From Paludibacteraceae bacterium (lineage in GTDB: Bacteria > Bacillota_I > Bacilli_A > RFN20 > CAG-826), in NCBI GenBank assembly GCA_963621535.1, contig CAVFEQ010000004.1, forward strand, positions 131 to 64,130: a stretch of DNA of 64,000 nt, written 5' to 3'. Below the pieces are notes generated by a model that saw only the letters and a list, made by a program, of their open reading frames with translations, was not told where the DNA came from and did not search any database. Position numbers and translations under genes: made by a program. This document shows positions 18,106 to 31,207 of this stretch, piece by piece; position 1 is the stretch's first letter; every line of letters starts with the position of its first letter.

Positions 18106-19157
18106 TTGGCCTTCTGTTGGATAGTTCCGATAAAAATCTGTTTGTTGGCTTGGTAAAGGACCATTGTTTTTTAGTGGAAGTCTCCTATGAAGCCTGGCAA
18201 AGGCAAAGCGAGTTGCTGGTCGAAGAGATCCATGGGCTCCTTAAGAGAAATGGCTTAAGTGGGAAGGACATTAACTATGTTGTCTGTTCCAAAGGGCCCG
18301 GATCCTATACGGGCGTGCGTATCGCTTTGACTGTGGCCAAAACGATTTGTTTCGCCTTGAATATTCCTTTGTATCTCGCTTCGTCTTTGGAAGTGATGCA
18401 ACACCAAGGAAAGGTGTCCGCCTGCCTTTCCAATGCGCGTGGGAAACGGAGCTATTTTGCCGTATATGATGGCGAAAACGTCATCCAAAAAGACTGCATT
18501 TTGGAAAACGATGAGGTTTTTGCGTACTTTTCAACTCATCAAGATGTTGTTGCTTGCGGCGATCTTCGCTACCTAGGGATCAATAGCGCCACCTATGATG
18601 TTTTAGAGAACCTCAATCGTTGCGACACCCCTGCTCACCTTTGCAAGGAGCCTCTTGGGGCCAAACCGGTCTACCTTAAAGACGATTATGATAAAGGGCA
18701 TTTCAAGACGATTGTCAGAAAAATGTTGCCTAGCGATCTTGAGGCGGTCATGAAGATCGAGAACGAAGTTTTCATCGCCCCGTATACCGAAGCCCAAATG
18801 CTTTACGAGCTGAACGAAAACCCCGTTTCCCATCTCTACTGTGCGGTCGTGGACAATGAAGTGGTCGGCTTTGTTGATTTTTCCATTACCTTCAATTCCG
18901 CCTACATCTCCCAAATCGGCGTGAAAGAAGCCTTCAGGAGAAAAGGGATCGGAAATATGCTCATCGGGCAAATCATCAAAGACTGCGAGTCGCAAGAAGA
19001 TCCTGTTGAGTTTTTGACTCTTGAAGTGCGCGAAAGCAACGAGAACGCGCAAAAGTTTTATAAAAAGCACAAGTTCCAGGCAATCACCGTCAAAAAAGGA
19101 TATTACTCTAACGGCGAGAATGCCGTGGCGATGGTAAGGAGTCTCATCCATGGCTAA
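18102..19157 (+). CDS. tsaB: bifunctional TsaB / ribosomal-protein-alanine acetyltransferase RimI fusion
   Basis: The N-terminal 200 aa or so is TsaB-like (GPGSYTGVRIALTVAK). The C-terminal 150 aa or so is a GNAT domain (QIGVKEAFRRKGIGNMLI, ENAQKFYKKHKF). It forms a single ORF flanked by tsaE and tsaD. Confidence 0.85.
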   Translation: MIGLLLDSSDKNLFVGLVKDHCFLVEVSYEAWQRQSELLVEEIHGLLKRNGLSGKDINYVVCSKGPGSYTGVRIALTVAKTICFALNIPLYLASSLEVMQHQGKVSACLSNARGKRSYFAVYDGENVIQKDCILENDEVFAYFSTHQDVVACGDLRYLGINSATYDVLENLNRCDTPAHLCKEPLGAKPVYLKDDYDKGHFKTIVRKMLPSDLEAVMKIENEVFIAPYTEAQMLYELNENPVSHLYCAVVDNEVVGFVDFSITFNSAYISQIGVKEAFRRKGIGNMLIGQIIKDCESQEDPVEFLTLEVRESNENAQKFYKKHKFQAITVKKGYYSNGENAVAMVRSLIHG

Positions 19158-20175
19158 GATTTTGGCAATCGAATCGAGCTGCGACGAAACCGCCGTAGCA
19201 ATCACCGACAACGGCAAGCTTTTGGCGAATGTTGTTGCAACGCAGATTTCCGTGCACGAGAAATTCGGCGGCGTCATGCCTGAAATTGCCTCTCGCCTTC
19301 ACACGGAAAACATCACAGTGTGCTTAAAAGAGGCCCTGGAGGAAAGTCATTTGAGCCTCGAGGATATGGATGCTTTCGCGGTGACGCGAGGCCCTGGCCT
19401 TATCGGATGCCTGCATGTTGGCCTTCAAGCGGCGAAAACCCTCTCGATGCTTTATGACAAACCCCTTATCCCCGTTCATCACTTAGCAGGCCATATTTAC
19501 GCCAATGAGTACGCGGGGCAATTCATCTATCCTATGCTTTGCGTTGTCGTTTCTGGCGGGAACACCGAATTGGTTTTGATGAAAGACGATCTGGATTTCG
19601 AGATTATCGGTGAGACGAAAGATGACGCGGTTGGCGAATGCTACGACAAGGTCGCTCGTGTTTTGGGGCTTCCTTATCCCGGTGGTTTGCCCATTGATCA
19701 GCACGCGAAGAAAGGCAAACACGCTTATCATCTTCCCGTACCGGAGGTGGGGTCTAACGCGAGCAAGTACGATTTCTCTTATTCAGGCTTGAAGACCTCA
19801 GTCATTAATCTTGTGAATTCGATGAAGATGAAAGGCGAGCCGGTGAATGTCGATGACATGGTTTGCTCATTTCAAGATGTAGCAATCGGCATGGTCGTCG
19901 AAAAGGCCCTTATGGCGGCAAGCGACTATCACGTCAAACAGATTGTTTTGGCTGGCGGAGTTTCCGCGAACAGTTATCTTCGCGAGCAAATGAAAACAAA
20001 GCTTGAGGGCACGGGGATCGATTTGATTATCCCGCCTCTTTGGTGCACGACCGACAACGCGGCGATGATTGCGAAAGTCGCCGAAAAACTTTACGAGCGG
20101 AAAATCTTTGCCCCGCTTACTTTAGGCGTTGATCCAAACTGGAAGATCGATCATTGGATGGATTTTAAGGAATAG
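19150..20175 (+). CDS. tsaD: tRNA N6-adenosine threonylcarbamoyltransferase TsaD
   Basis: ILAIESSCDETAVAI, the metal-site block HHLAGHIYA and GLPYPGG are present. Length is 341 aa. Confidence 0.94.
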   Translation: MAKILAIESSCDETAVAITDNGKLLANVVATQISVHEKFGGVMPEIASRLHTENITVCLKEALEESHLSLEDMDAFAVTRGPGLIGCLHVGLQAAKTLSMLYDKPLIPVHHLAGHIYANEYAGQFIYPMLCVVVSGGNTELVLMKDDLDFEIIGETKDDAVGECYDKVARVLGLPYPGGLPIDQHAKKGKHAYHLPVPEVGSNASKYDFSYSGLKTSVINLVNSMKMKGEPVNVDDMVCSFQDVAIGMVVEKALMAASDYHVKQIVLAGGVSANSYLREQMKTKLEGTGIDLIIPPLWCTTDNAAMIAKVAEKLYERKIFAPLTLGVDPNWKIDHWMDFKE

Positions 20176-20207
20176 ACGATTTTTGCGGAGTTTTTAATTC
20201 TCCCAAT

Positions 20208-20591
20208 TTAGTCTGCTTTTTCCACGCTTTCTTCCTTATACGGGAGAATTGCGGGGAAATCGTCTCCTTCTTTGATTACCTGAACCGCTAATGCGCGCTT
20301 CTCTGGATAGGTGTCCATGACGATTCCTTTTAACCCTGCCGGGTAGCCAGCCACTTCTTCTTTGGTGATGACGTGATCGCCTTTTTCAAAGGGCGAAACC
20401 AAATTGGCTTCCTCTGCGGGGCGGAGCTCTTCGGGGTAATAAGACTCGCTATCGATGAGCGCGTCTTCCGTCGCGTAAAAACCGACGGTGTAAGTCTCTT
20501 TGTGGACGGCATCGATCACGCCCATGTCTCCTTCTTTGGCGATCCCCCGTTTGACCATCACGACTACTTTATCTCCGACTTTGTACTTCAT
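20208..20591 (-). CDS. hypothetical protein with two SH3/KOW-like repeats
   Basis: ORF 20208-20891 trimmed to ATG 20591, with RBS AGGAAG upstream, because the upstream part is antisense to asnS. Two modules of about 55 aa begin K-V-G-D-K-V-V-V and E-K-G-D-H-V-I-T. Confidence 0.5.
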   Translation of the reverse strand: MKYKVGDKVVVMVKRGIAKEGDMGVIDAVHKETYTVGFYATEDALIDSESYYPEELRPAEEANLVSPFEKGDHVITKEEVAGYPAGLKGIVMDTYPEKRALAVQVIKEGDDFPAILPYKEESVEKAD

Positions 20592-20675
20592 GCTTCCTAG
20601 TTTATTCTCATTTGCCGGCTGGAAAACCCTTTTTGTCCTTAAAAAAAGCGAATTACGTAGTAAACTAACCTTGTT

Positions 20676-22070
20676 ATGCAACCGAAAGCCATCACTGTTT
20701 CTGAACTTAATGCACGTTTCGCGAAGAATGAAGACCTCGCGAGCCTTGATTCCGTCCTTCTTGAAGGGTGGATCCGTACGAATCGCGATTCCGGATCGAT
20801 AGGATTCATCGCGCTCAATGACGGTACCTGTTTTAAAAACATCCAGGTCGTTTATGACGACAAAATCGCCAACCATGATGTTGTTTCCCACCTTCTTACT
20901 GGCGCTGCTATCTTAGTCAAAGGGAAAATCGTCGTGACTCCTGAGATGAAGCAGCCTTTCGAGGTGCACGCTTCCGAGATTGAGGTTTTAGGGGACGTTG
21001 ACCCTGACTATCCGCTTCAGAAAAAACGCCATAGCTTTGAATATCTCCGTGAAGAAGCGTATTTGCGTCCACGCACGAACACTTTCTCCGCGCTTTATCG
21101 GGTGCGCTCCTCTTTGGCCTTAGGCATTCACGAATTTTTTCAATCCCGCGGGTTTGTTTATGTTCATACTCCAGAGCTCACCGGGAACGACGCCGAAGGT
21201 GCCGGGCAAGTGTTCAGCGTCTGCACGAAAGATAAAGATGGCAAGCTCAGCGAAACCGACTTCTTCGGCAAAAAAGCTTCTTTGACCGTTTCCGGGCAGC
21301 TTCACGTTGAGGCTTTTGCTCTCGCTTTCCGTGACGTTTACACCTTTGGGCCGACTTTCCGCGCGGAAAAATCCAACACCCCTCGCCACGCTTCCGAGTT
21401 CTGGATGATTGAGCCAGAACTCGCTTTCGCGGATTTGGACGACGACATGGAATGCATGGAGGAGTGCATCAAGTGGTGCATCAAATGGGTCTTGGAGAAA
21501 TGCCCGGATGAGATGGCTTTCTTCGATAAGATGATTGCCCCTGGTTTACTTGATAAGCTCCACCGCGTCTACGCCACCCCTTTCATTAAGATGGAATACA
21601 CCGAAGGCATTGAACTTCTGCAAAAAGCCGTGAAAGACGGGCATAAGTTCGATGACTGCGATATCTATTGGGGCAAGGATTTGGCTTCTGAACACGAACG
21701 TTATCTGACCGAAGAAGTCGCGAAAGGCCCCTTGTTCCTCATCAACTACCCAAAGGAAATCAAAGCTTTCTACATGAAAGAGAACCCGGACGGGAAGACC
21801 GTTGCGGCTTGCGATTGCCTCGTTCCTGACGAGGGAGAGATCATTGGCGGCAGCCAACGCGAGGAACGTTATGACGTCCTCAAGAGAAAAATGGAAAAAG
21901 CCGGCAACGTTGATGAACTTGAGTGGTATCTCAATTTGCGAAAATACGGCGGATGCATCCATTCCGGATTCGGTATCGGCTTTGACCGCTTGCTCATGTA
22001 CCTAACCGGTGTTGCGAACATTCGTGACACTGAGCCCTTCCCCCGCACCTCTTCTGCCTTAAAATATTAA
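20676..22070 (+). CDS. asnS: asparagine--tRNA ligase
   Basis: The N-terminal OB block is GWIRTNRDSGSIGFIALNDG. Class II motifs FRAEKSNTPRHASEFWMIEPE, GGSQRE and GFGIGFDRLLMY are present. Confidence 0.94.
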   Translation: MQPKAITVSELNARFAKNEDLASLDSVLLEGWIRTNRDSGSIGFIALNDGTCFKNIQVVYDDKIANHDVVSHLLTGAAILVKGKIVVTPEMKQPFEVHASEIEVLGDVDPDYPLQKKRHSFEYLREEAYLRPRTNTFSALYRVRSSLALGIHEFFQSRGFVYVHTPELTGNDAEGAGQVFSVCTKDKDGKLSETDFFGKKASLTVSGQLHVEAFALAFRDVYTFGPTFRAEKSNTPRHASEFWMIEPELAFADLDDDMECMEECIKWCIKWVLEKCPDEMAFFDKMIAPGLLDKLHRVYATPFIKMEYTEGIELLQKAVKDGHKFDDCDIYWGKDLASEHERYLTEEVAKGPLFLINYPKEIKAFYMKENPDGKTVAACDCLVPDEGEIIGGSQREERYDVLKRKMEKAGNVDELEWYLNLRKYGGCIHSGFGIGFDRLLMYLTGVANIRDTEPFPRTSSALKY

Positions 22071-22074
22071 TTCC

Positions 22075-22272
22075 ATGGATAACACGAATCTTTCCGAACA
22101 AAGCAAAGTCGATCAGGCCCTCCCGGGAAACTCTTTTGTAACCACCGATATGCCTGATCCGGAAAAAGCAAGGAAACGCCTTGCCCATAAGAGGGTTTTC
22201 TTTGTCCTTGTCGGGCTCATCGTGGTTGTGACGTCTTTGATCGTTTGGGAAATCATCGACTTAGCTTTATGA
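22075..22272 (+). CDS. small single-TM protein
   Basis: 65 aa. A basic stretch KARKRLAHKR is followed by the helix VFFVLVGLIVVVTSLIVWEII. The stop overlaps the next start (ATGA). I saw no clear RBS. Confidence 0.4.
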   Translation: MDNTNLSEQSKVDQALPGNSFVTTDMPDPEKARKRLAHKRVFFVLVGLIVVVTSLIVWEIIDLAL

Positions 22273-22805
22273 AAAAAGAACGCACGCCAACCCAGGTTAT
22301 TCAATGGAAAGAAAACAAAATCCCCTCTTCCATTATCCTTGGGAGGGTTTTGCTGGTCATCGGCGGCATCCTTTTTCTCATCAACTCCGTCAACTCCTTG
22401 ATTTATTGGGGGCTTTGCTTTGGCTTTCATTGGCTTCCCTCTACTACGGAAAGTTTTGCGGATATCAAAGCTCTGTTCCCCGATCTTTCTTTTTGGAACG
22501 ATCCGCTTGATTTAATCAATGTCATTTGTGACGCTTTCGATCCGATTCTTTGCGTTTTGAAATTTCTAGCAGGCCTTGGGGCTTTCGCTTATGTCAAAGA
22601 TAAAGGCGGGCGCTTCATTGATTGGGTCGCCTGGGCCGCCATCATCGGCCTTGGTATTTCTCTTGTTGATTTCGCAACGAACATCCGCGCGCTTATTCAA
22701 AGCAATTTCGACTGGAAAACGTTCGGCTTGAATTTCTTCTCCATGCAGATAGACACGCTGATTTATTCAATCGGCTGGTTTTTGGCGAAGAACTGGCTTG
22801 ATTAA
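22269..22805 (+). CDS. multi-TM membrane protein, unknown family
   Basis: ORF 22245-22805 trimmed to ATG 22269, which makes an ATGA overlap with the upstream gene. About 4 hydrophobic helices are present. Confidence 0.55.
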   Translation: MKKERTPTQVIQWKENKIPSSIILGRVLLVIGGILFLINSVNSLIYWGLCFGFHWLPSTTESFADIKALFPDLSFWNDPLDLINVICDAFDPILCVLKFLAGLGAFAYVKDKGGRFIDWVAWAAIIGLGISLVDFATNIRALIQSNFDWKTFGLNFFSMQIDTLIYSIGWFLAKNWLD

Positions 22806-23494
22806 TCTTGGCTTGGCGGCGTCGGGTTTTTCGGCGCGATTTTGATATCATCCTCGGCTTTGAAGTCCTTTAAGGATTTCGAGTAGATGGTTTTCGCGCG
22901 GTGCTGGATCATCACGAAACGGGAGATCCAGGCTTGGCAAAGATAGGCGTACCAAATCCAAGAGACATAGAAGAGAGCGACTTCAATATAGGCGGGCAAA
23001 TGCTCTAAGACAAAGGTTGGCTGATGCGTGATCGCTGGAAAGCGCGCGAGCATAGACATGCCAAATACTTTTACAACAAGTGGCTCGTCGCGGTAGATTT
23101 CCGCGTCCGCATTCCACTCATAATGGAAGAACAGCTCGGAGAAATGGGTGAAAATATTCTCGTTCCAAGTGCCAAATCCCAAACAACAGAAAACCCAGAT
23201 CAGCAAAGCAGCCACGGAAATGGCGAAAGGAATCAGGGTTTGCTTATAAAGCAAGCGATTGCTTTTGCGTATGGCCAAGCTTTTGAAGGCTTTTGGGGAG
23301 TCCACAACATGGGTTCTGGCCGCATCAGACATGATCGTGTCGACTTTCTCCGCTTGATGGACCATGGTTTTATGGATGGCAATACCCAAAAAGCCAAGCA
23401 ATAAGAAAAGCACGAATAGAATGATGATCAAGATGATGAGAAGCCTCCTGTCGGAATCACTCATCGTAACGGAGACGAGGAAAAGGTTATTCAT
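22802..23494 (-). CDS. multi-TM membrane protein, unknown family
   Basis: 230 aa. A strong RBS GGAGGAG lies 5 nt upstream of ATG 23494. The start overlaps the end of the upstream gene by 8 nt. Confidence 0.6.
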   Translation of the reverse strand: MNNLFLVSVTMSDSDRRLLIILIIILFVLFLLLGFLGIAIHKTMVHQAEKVDTIMSDAARTHVVDSPKAFKSLAIRKSNRLLYKQTLIPFAISVAALLIWVFCCLGFGTWNENIFTHFSELFFHYEWNADAEIYRDEPLVVKVFGMSMLARFPAITHQPTFVLEHLPAYIEVALFYVSWIWYAYLCQAWISRFVMIQHRAKTIYSKSLKDFKAEDDIKIAPKNPTPPSQD

Positions 23495-24026
23495 GTTTCT
23501 CCTCCGTTGGCTCAGTCGGCGCTTCTATCGGTTCGCTTTGCTGCTGCATTGGGATTTGCCCTGGGAAATTCGCTTCTGCCAAAGAGGTGTTTTCGCCAGG
23601 GATTCTATCCGCGGTGAAAGGCATGAATGGGGTGCTTGAGGGAGGAATTTGACCGGCTTGGAAAGGAGCTCCTTGCTGTTGAATTCCCTGCGGGTTTGGG
23701 AAAGGCATGCCTTGCTGCCCAACGCTGCCTGGGGTCGTGTTGTAATAGACTTGCTGAACGTAAATGTTGTTAGGCTGCGGGGCAGGCTGAGGCTGTTCTT
23801 TCGCCTGATTTATGTTCAGGGCCTCCTGCTTTCTCCTATAGGCTTCTTCGTCTTCCTCAAAAACCGGGAAGCATTTTTTGCCCGAGAAGAAATTGATCAG
23901 CATAATGACGAATTCGACGATGAAATCCAAAATCCCGAAGACGGCGACTAAGGCAATGAGCACCAAAAGAAGAGGCGAGCAAATCGCGAAGATGATGCCG
24001 ATGCCGAATTCTTTTAGAAACTTCAT
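23487..24026 (-). CDS. membrane protein with Q/P-rich C-terminal region
   Basis: 179 aa with RBS GGAG upstream. Two N-terminal helices are followed by about 110 aa of low-complexity Q/P/G-rich sequence (QPQPAPQPNN, GIQQQGAPFQAGQIPP). Confidence 0.55.
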   Translation of the reverse strand: MKFLKEFGIGIIFAICSPLLLVLIALVAVFGILDFIVEFVIMLINFFSGKKCFPVFEEDEEAYRRKQEALNINQAKEQPQPAPQPNNIYVQQVYYNTTPGSVGQQGMPFPNPQGIQQQGAPFQAGQIPPSSTPFMPFTADRIPGENTSLAEANFPGQIPMQQQSEPIEAPTEPTEEKHE

Positions 24027-24047
24027 TTTTTCGCTCCGCTTTCCATT

Positions 24048-24950
24048 TTAGTTTGACTTCTTCTTCAATCCTAGAAAAACATCGGGCAAAGAGGATAGGG
24101 CGATGCTAAAAGGGAAAGCGACGAAGGTGAGGATAGCTTTGTTAGGCGGGACTCTCTGAAACAAACAGGCGATGAGCAAGATGGACCCAAAAATGGTTAT
24201 TCCTAAAAGTAGATACAGTGACCAATGTGGCTTCGGGAAGCGCGATAAAAGCCCTGCAAAAGCCAAGTAAAAAGCGCAACCAAGGAAAAAATAGGCGAGT
24301 TTTGCGTAGATAAATGTGGAAAGCACGCAAAATAAACCAAAGAGAATGGCACTCAGCGGATACCAAATTTCTGTGGTTTTCTTATCCTGAAAGGTGACCC
24401 CGATATGCGGCGCTTGAAGAGAGAAAAAGAGATGGGAGAGGCCGGTGACGGCGAATGAGTAAGCAAGGGCGAATAAAGCAAAGCTGTCATACAAAAGCTC
24501 GGTTGATTCAAGGCCCAGTAGAGAACAGATGAGTGCCCGCATGTCGATTTCGTAAATGGCTTTAACAAGCAATAGGGAAAGCCAGAAAAAGGAATATTGG
24601 ATCATCGATACCACGAAGTTCGTTGTGGCGACGTTGCTTTCGCGGCGGAGGAAAAAGCCATAAGCCGTTCCTGAGCATAAAGCGGGTAGCAAATAAAATA
24701 GCGTGTTTTCAAAGTTCCAAGCTGAAACGGCTATGGAAACGCCTAGAGCGCCGAAAAGATAGATGGCGTAGTAACGCTTTTTGCAAAAGTAACCGATCAG
24801 AGCGGAAAGCAAAGGCGCAATAAGCATCAAGAAGAAAGCCGATAAGGGCAATAAGGCGCTGATCAAAGAAAGAATTCCGTCGAAGCCGGCGATGATTGCG
24901 CAGAAAGCCAGGTTCTGGATAGGCGTTTCCTTTTTCGTGAAAACTTTCAT
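24048..24950 (-). CDS. polytopic membrane protein, unknown family
   Basis: ORF 24048-25016 has a GTG start. ATG 24950 (MKVFTKKE...) is tentatively preferred, but neither start has a clear RBS. About 9-10 hydrophobic helices are present. Confidence 0.5.
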   Translation of the reverse strand: MKVFTKKETPIQNLAFCAIIAGFDGILSLISALLPLSAFFLMLIAPLLSALIGYFCKKRYYAIYLFGALGVSIAVSAWNFENTLFYLLPALCSGTAYGFFLRRESNVATTNFVVSMIQYSFFWLSLLLVKAIYEIDMRALICSLLGLESTELLYDSFALFALAYSFAVTGLSHLFFSLQAPHIGVTFQDKKTTEIWYPLSAILFGLFCVLSTFIYAKLAYFFLGCAFYLAFAGLLSRFPKPHWSLYLLLGITIFGSILLIACLFQRVPPNKAILTFVAFPFSIALSSLPDVFLGLKKKSN

Positions 24951-25080
24951 TGGCGATATTTTACTAATGCATCGGGCTCTTAAGAAAGTTTTTACACGTG
25001 GAAAAAAGTTTTCCACATCTTTTGGCTTTCGGGGGTCTCTTTATTTATAAAGAGCGCCGCTAAGGATAAAATAAAGAGGT

Positions 25081-29366
<4,286 letters not shown>

Positions 29367-29370
29367 GGGC

Positions 29371-29388
29371 CTCTCTTCTAGAAGAGAG
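29371..29388 (+). terminator. palindromic hairpin after ligA (weak terminator candidate)
   Basis: CTCTCTTC-TA-GAAGAGAG is a perfect inverted repeat 5 nt after the ligA stop. No clean T-tract follows. A TATAAT (29402-29407) follows for gatC. Confidence 0.3.
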
Positions 29389-29441
29389 TACCCCTTTCGC
29401 CTATAATAACCGCGCTAATTTGTTAGTATTGAGGAAAACGC

Positions 29442-29738
29442 ATGAAAGAAATCACGTTAGATGTGCTTAAAGATGCGGCCAACCGCCTCCTTTTCACGAT
29501 GAGTGAGGAACAGTATCAAACTTTGCTTGAAGAATTCGACGTCTTGAAACGTCAAATGGATCTTATTGGAAACATCGAAGGCCTCGATTCTTATGAGCCG
29601 ATGACCTTCCCGTTTGACTGCACCACTTCTTTTTTACGGGAAGATGTTCCAACTTCGCCTTTGCCTCGTGAGGAGGCTTTAAGAAATGCCGGGTCGAAGG
29701 AAGATGGGCAAATCAAATTGCCGAAGGTGATTGGATAA
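29442..29738 (+). CDS. gatC: Asp/Glu-tRNA amidotransferase subunit C
   Basis: 98 aa, positioned upstream of gatA and gatB. The C-terminal block LREDV is typical of GatC. Confidence 0.88.
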   Translation: MKEITLDVLKDAANRLLFTMSEEQYQTLLEEFDVLKRQMDLIGNIEGLDSYEPMTFPFDCTTSFLREDVPTSPLPREEALRNAGSKEDGQIKLPKVIG

Positions 29739-31207
29739 TGAGTTACTTGGATTGTTCGATAAAAGAAATTCATCAAGCGTTGGTCGAAAAGAAAGTAACG
29801 CCGCTTGAACTTGCTAAAGAAGCTCTTAGCAGGGTTAAAGAAGACAAGGAAAATAGCTTTGAGCTTATTTTGGAGGAGGGGGCAATTGCCTTTGCTTCAA
29901 CCTTGGTGGAACCAGAAGAAGACAATCTTCTTTGGGGCATCCCCTATCTAGCGAAGGATAACTTCTCCACGAAAGACATCGAAACCACTGGCTCCAGCAA
30001 TATTTTAAATGGCTACGTTCCTGTCTTTGACGCGACGGTTATTGCTAAACTCAAAGAAAAGAAGTGCGTATTGATCGGCAAAACGACATTGGACGAATTG
30101 GCTATGGGCGGAACCGGTACCACCGGTCATAAAGGAACGACTTATAACCCCTATGACCCTAGCCACAAGAGAATGATCGGCGGCTCTAGCTGCGGCAGCG
30201 CTTCTTCTGTTGCTTCTGGAATCGTCCCCTTCGCTTTAGGTTCAGATACTGGCGACTCCGTGCGCAAGCCTGCCTCCTTTGGCGGACTCGTTGGCATGAA
30301 ACCGACCTGGGGGAGAATTTCCCGTTATGGCCTCTTCCCTTTCGCGCCTAGTCTAGACCATGTTGGCTTCTTCACTCGTTCGGTGGAAGATAGCGCCATC
30401 ATCCTTGAAGCGCTTTCTGGCAGAGATGATATGGATCTGACTTCTTCTGATCGCCCCGTCGAAAACTACGCAAATCTCACCTCTTCTTCTTTAAAAGGGA
30501 AGAAAATCGCGGTTTTGCAGGAAATCGTTGATTCTGTTTCCGATGAAAAAAACCTGCAATTCTTTGCTAAATCCATTGAGAAGATGAAAGAGCATGGCGC
30601 GGAAGTCGCTTATGTGAATTTCGGTCTGGATTTGCTCCAGTCCATTTATCCCACTTACATCGTCATCAGCTGCGCGGAAGCCACGAGCAATGACGCGAAC
30701 CTAGATGGCATTAAATTTGGGCCCTATTACGGCGGGAACACCTATCAGGACGTGATGTTCAACGCGAGAACCAAGGGTTTCTCCGAACTCATCAAGCGTC
30801 GCTTCGTGATCGGAAGTTTTGCCTTGATGAAGGAGAACCAGGACGACCTGTTCCTTCGCGCGCAAAAGAACCGCGCCAAAATCGTCGAACGGGTGAATCA
30901 GATCCTTGCTGATTACGATTTCATTTATTTGCCCGCTGCGCCTTCCGTTGCTCCTTTTATCGGTGGAGTTTCAAGCAAACTCTCCGACGAGTATTTGCTT
31001 GCCGACAATCATTTGGCGCTTGGCAATTTCGCCGGTCTCCCCTCCATTACCCTGCCGCTGGCTTTAGAAGGCGGTTTGCCTTTAGGGGTCAATTTCATGG
31101 GCAGGGCCTTCGAAGAGAAATCTCTTTATGAGGTTGCTCAGTGCTTCGAAAACATCACCGGCTTGTCCGGGCTTTCTACCGTGAATAGGAAAGGAGGCAA
31201 TTTATGA
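29738..31207 (+). CDS. gatA: Asp/Glu-tRNA amidotransferase subunit A
   Basis: The amidase signature GGSSCGSASSVASG and GSDTGDSVRKPA are present. Length is 489 aa. Confidence 0.95.
   Translation: MSYLDCSIKEIHQALVEKKVTPLELAKEALSRVKEDKENSFELILEEGAIAFASTLVEPEEDNLLWGIPYLAKDNFSTKDIETTGSSNILNGYVPVFDATVIAKLKEKKCVLIGKTTLDELAMGGTGTTGHKGTTYNPYDPSHKRMIGGSSCGSASSVASGIVPFALGSDTGDSVRKPASFGGLVGMKPTWGRISRYGLFPFAPSLDHVGFFTRSVEDSAIILEALSGRDDMDLTSSDRPVENYANLTSSSLKGKKIAVLQEIVDSVSDEKNLQFFAKSIEKMKEHGAEVAYVNFGLDLLQSIYPTYIVISCAEATSNDANLDGIKFGPYYGGNTYQDVMFNARTKGFSELIKRRFVIGSFALMKENQDDLFLRAQKNRAKIVERVNQILADYDFIYLPAAPSVAPFIGGVSSKLSDEYLLADNHLALGNFAGLPSITLPLALEGGLPLGVNFMGRAFEEKSLYEVAQCFENITGLSGLSTVNRKGGNL

Noticed and set aside
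20592-20675. Looked for a T-box leader upstream of asnS.
   Set aside because: Only 84 nt separate the divergent starts. There is no T-box sequence (AANNNGGTGGNACCGCG-like) and no specifier or terminator architecture. The spacer is too short for a T-box of about 200 nt.
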